Assembly: GCA_963780865.1 (NCBI GenBank) | Contig: CAWADT010000016.1 | Coordinates: forward strand, 27,793-91,792 | Origin: an uncultured Chloroflexia bacterium | GTDB lineage: Bacteria; Chloroflexota; Anaerolineae; Anaerolineales; RBG-16-64-43 | DNA length: 64,000 nt | Direction of reading: 5' to 3' | Part shown: in pieces, positions 63,653 through 64,000 of the stretch | Position numbering within the stretch: position 1 is the stretch's first letter | Layout: every line of letters begins with the position of its first letter | Program-made: the position numbers and the translations under genes | The notes under the pieces: generated by a model | Told to the model about the DNA's origin: nothing | Databases searched by the model: none | Seen by the model: the letters and a program-made list of their open reading frames with translations, nothing else

Positions 63653-64000
63653 ATGGGAAGCTACAATTTCTCCGACCGCAAATGGTTCCCCGGAACCTAT
63701 GAAGGACCGTTCCACGTTTTAATTCAACTCGCGCAGCGGATCGAACGCCTGCCCTGGCCGGTGTTCGCGTTGATTCTCCTGGTGCTGGCCTGGCTGCCGA
63801 GCCGGGGCTCCCCGCCGCACGCGGCGATCTTGCTGGCGTTCTTTCTTTCGGATTGGGCGCTGATCGCGGCCCTGCCGGCGGCGAAGAAATCGTACGGGCC
63901 CGCCAAACCTCCGGCGCTGCTGATGGCAATCCTGCGGATGCCGTTTGCCTACCTGCCCCTGCCGTGGTTCCTGGTCTTTCAGGCGACGGGGACTTTCCTC
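63653..64000 (+). CDS. Hypothetical membrane protein, N-terminal part (3' end outside window)
   Basis: From the ATG at 63653 the frame is open to the window edge, 116 codons hand-translated: MGSYNFSDRKWFPGTYEGPFHVLIQLAQRIERLPWPVFALILLVLAWLP...LLAFFLSDWALIAALP... It contains at least 3 hydrophobic segments and is not in the ORF track because no stop is reached. Confidence 0.5.
   Translation, partial: MGSYNFSDRKWFPGTYEGPFHVLIQLAQRIERLPWPVFALILLVLAWLPSRGSPPHAAILLAFFLSDWALIAALPAAKKSYGPAKPPALLMAILRMPFAYLPLPWFLVFQATGTFL

Overview
This is a high-GC bacterial chromosomal segment. Thr/Pro-rich linkers, a T-box leader and dense palindromic intergenic repeats suggest a Chloroflexota (Anaerolineae-like) origin; that is inference, since no search was run. 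I support about 45 protein genes plus one tRNA. Housekeeping genes: pnp, serS, pheS-pheT behind a T-box riboswitch, rimO, rplI, arfB, a cold-shock protein, an RRM RNA-binding protein and tRNA-Arg(CCG). Transport genes: two tandem AI-2E-permease/GNAT fusion paralogs, an ABC-2 exporter operon, a MarR plus heterodimeric ABC exporter operon and an MFS transporter. Carbohydrate enzymes: GH88/105, GH38 and GH1. I found no transposase, integrase, phage gene or CRISPR array. The most interesting locus is a co-directional cassette at 10.6-16.2 kb. It encodes a zinc-ribbon membrane protein and a DUF2207-like membrane protein whose predicted cytoplasmic C-terminus ends in a (Cys-Ala)n tail (GGGGGCACACACAGCACACAGGGR). 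Four nt after that stop codon begins a PqqD/RRE-fused radical SAM/SPASM enzyme. It is followed by a cysteine-less 'pseudo-rSAM' paralog and a SAM methyltransferase, and the whole cassette is bracketed by direct copies of a hairpin-string repeat. I propose it as a candidate, undescribed tail-modification system. Other observations: several families of non-autonomous palindromic or tandem repeats fill almost every intergenic gap. At least six single-base frameshifts, mostly at short homopolymers, interrupt conserved genes including essential pheT, which points to assembly indel errors rather than real pseudogenes. There is also an unusual SPFH-HTH fusion, and a decayed region holding an MgtA C-terminal remnant.
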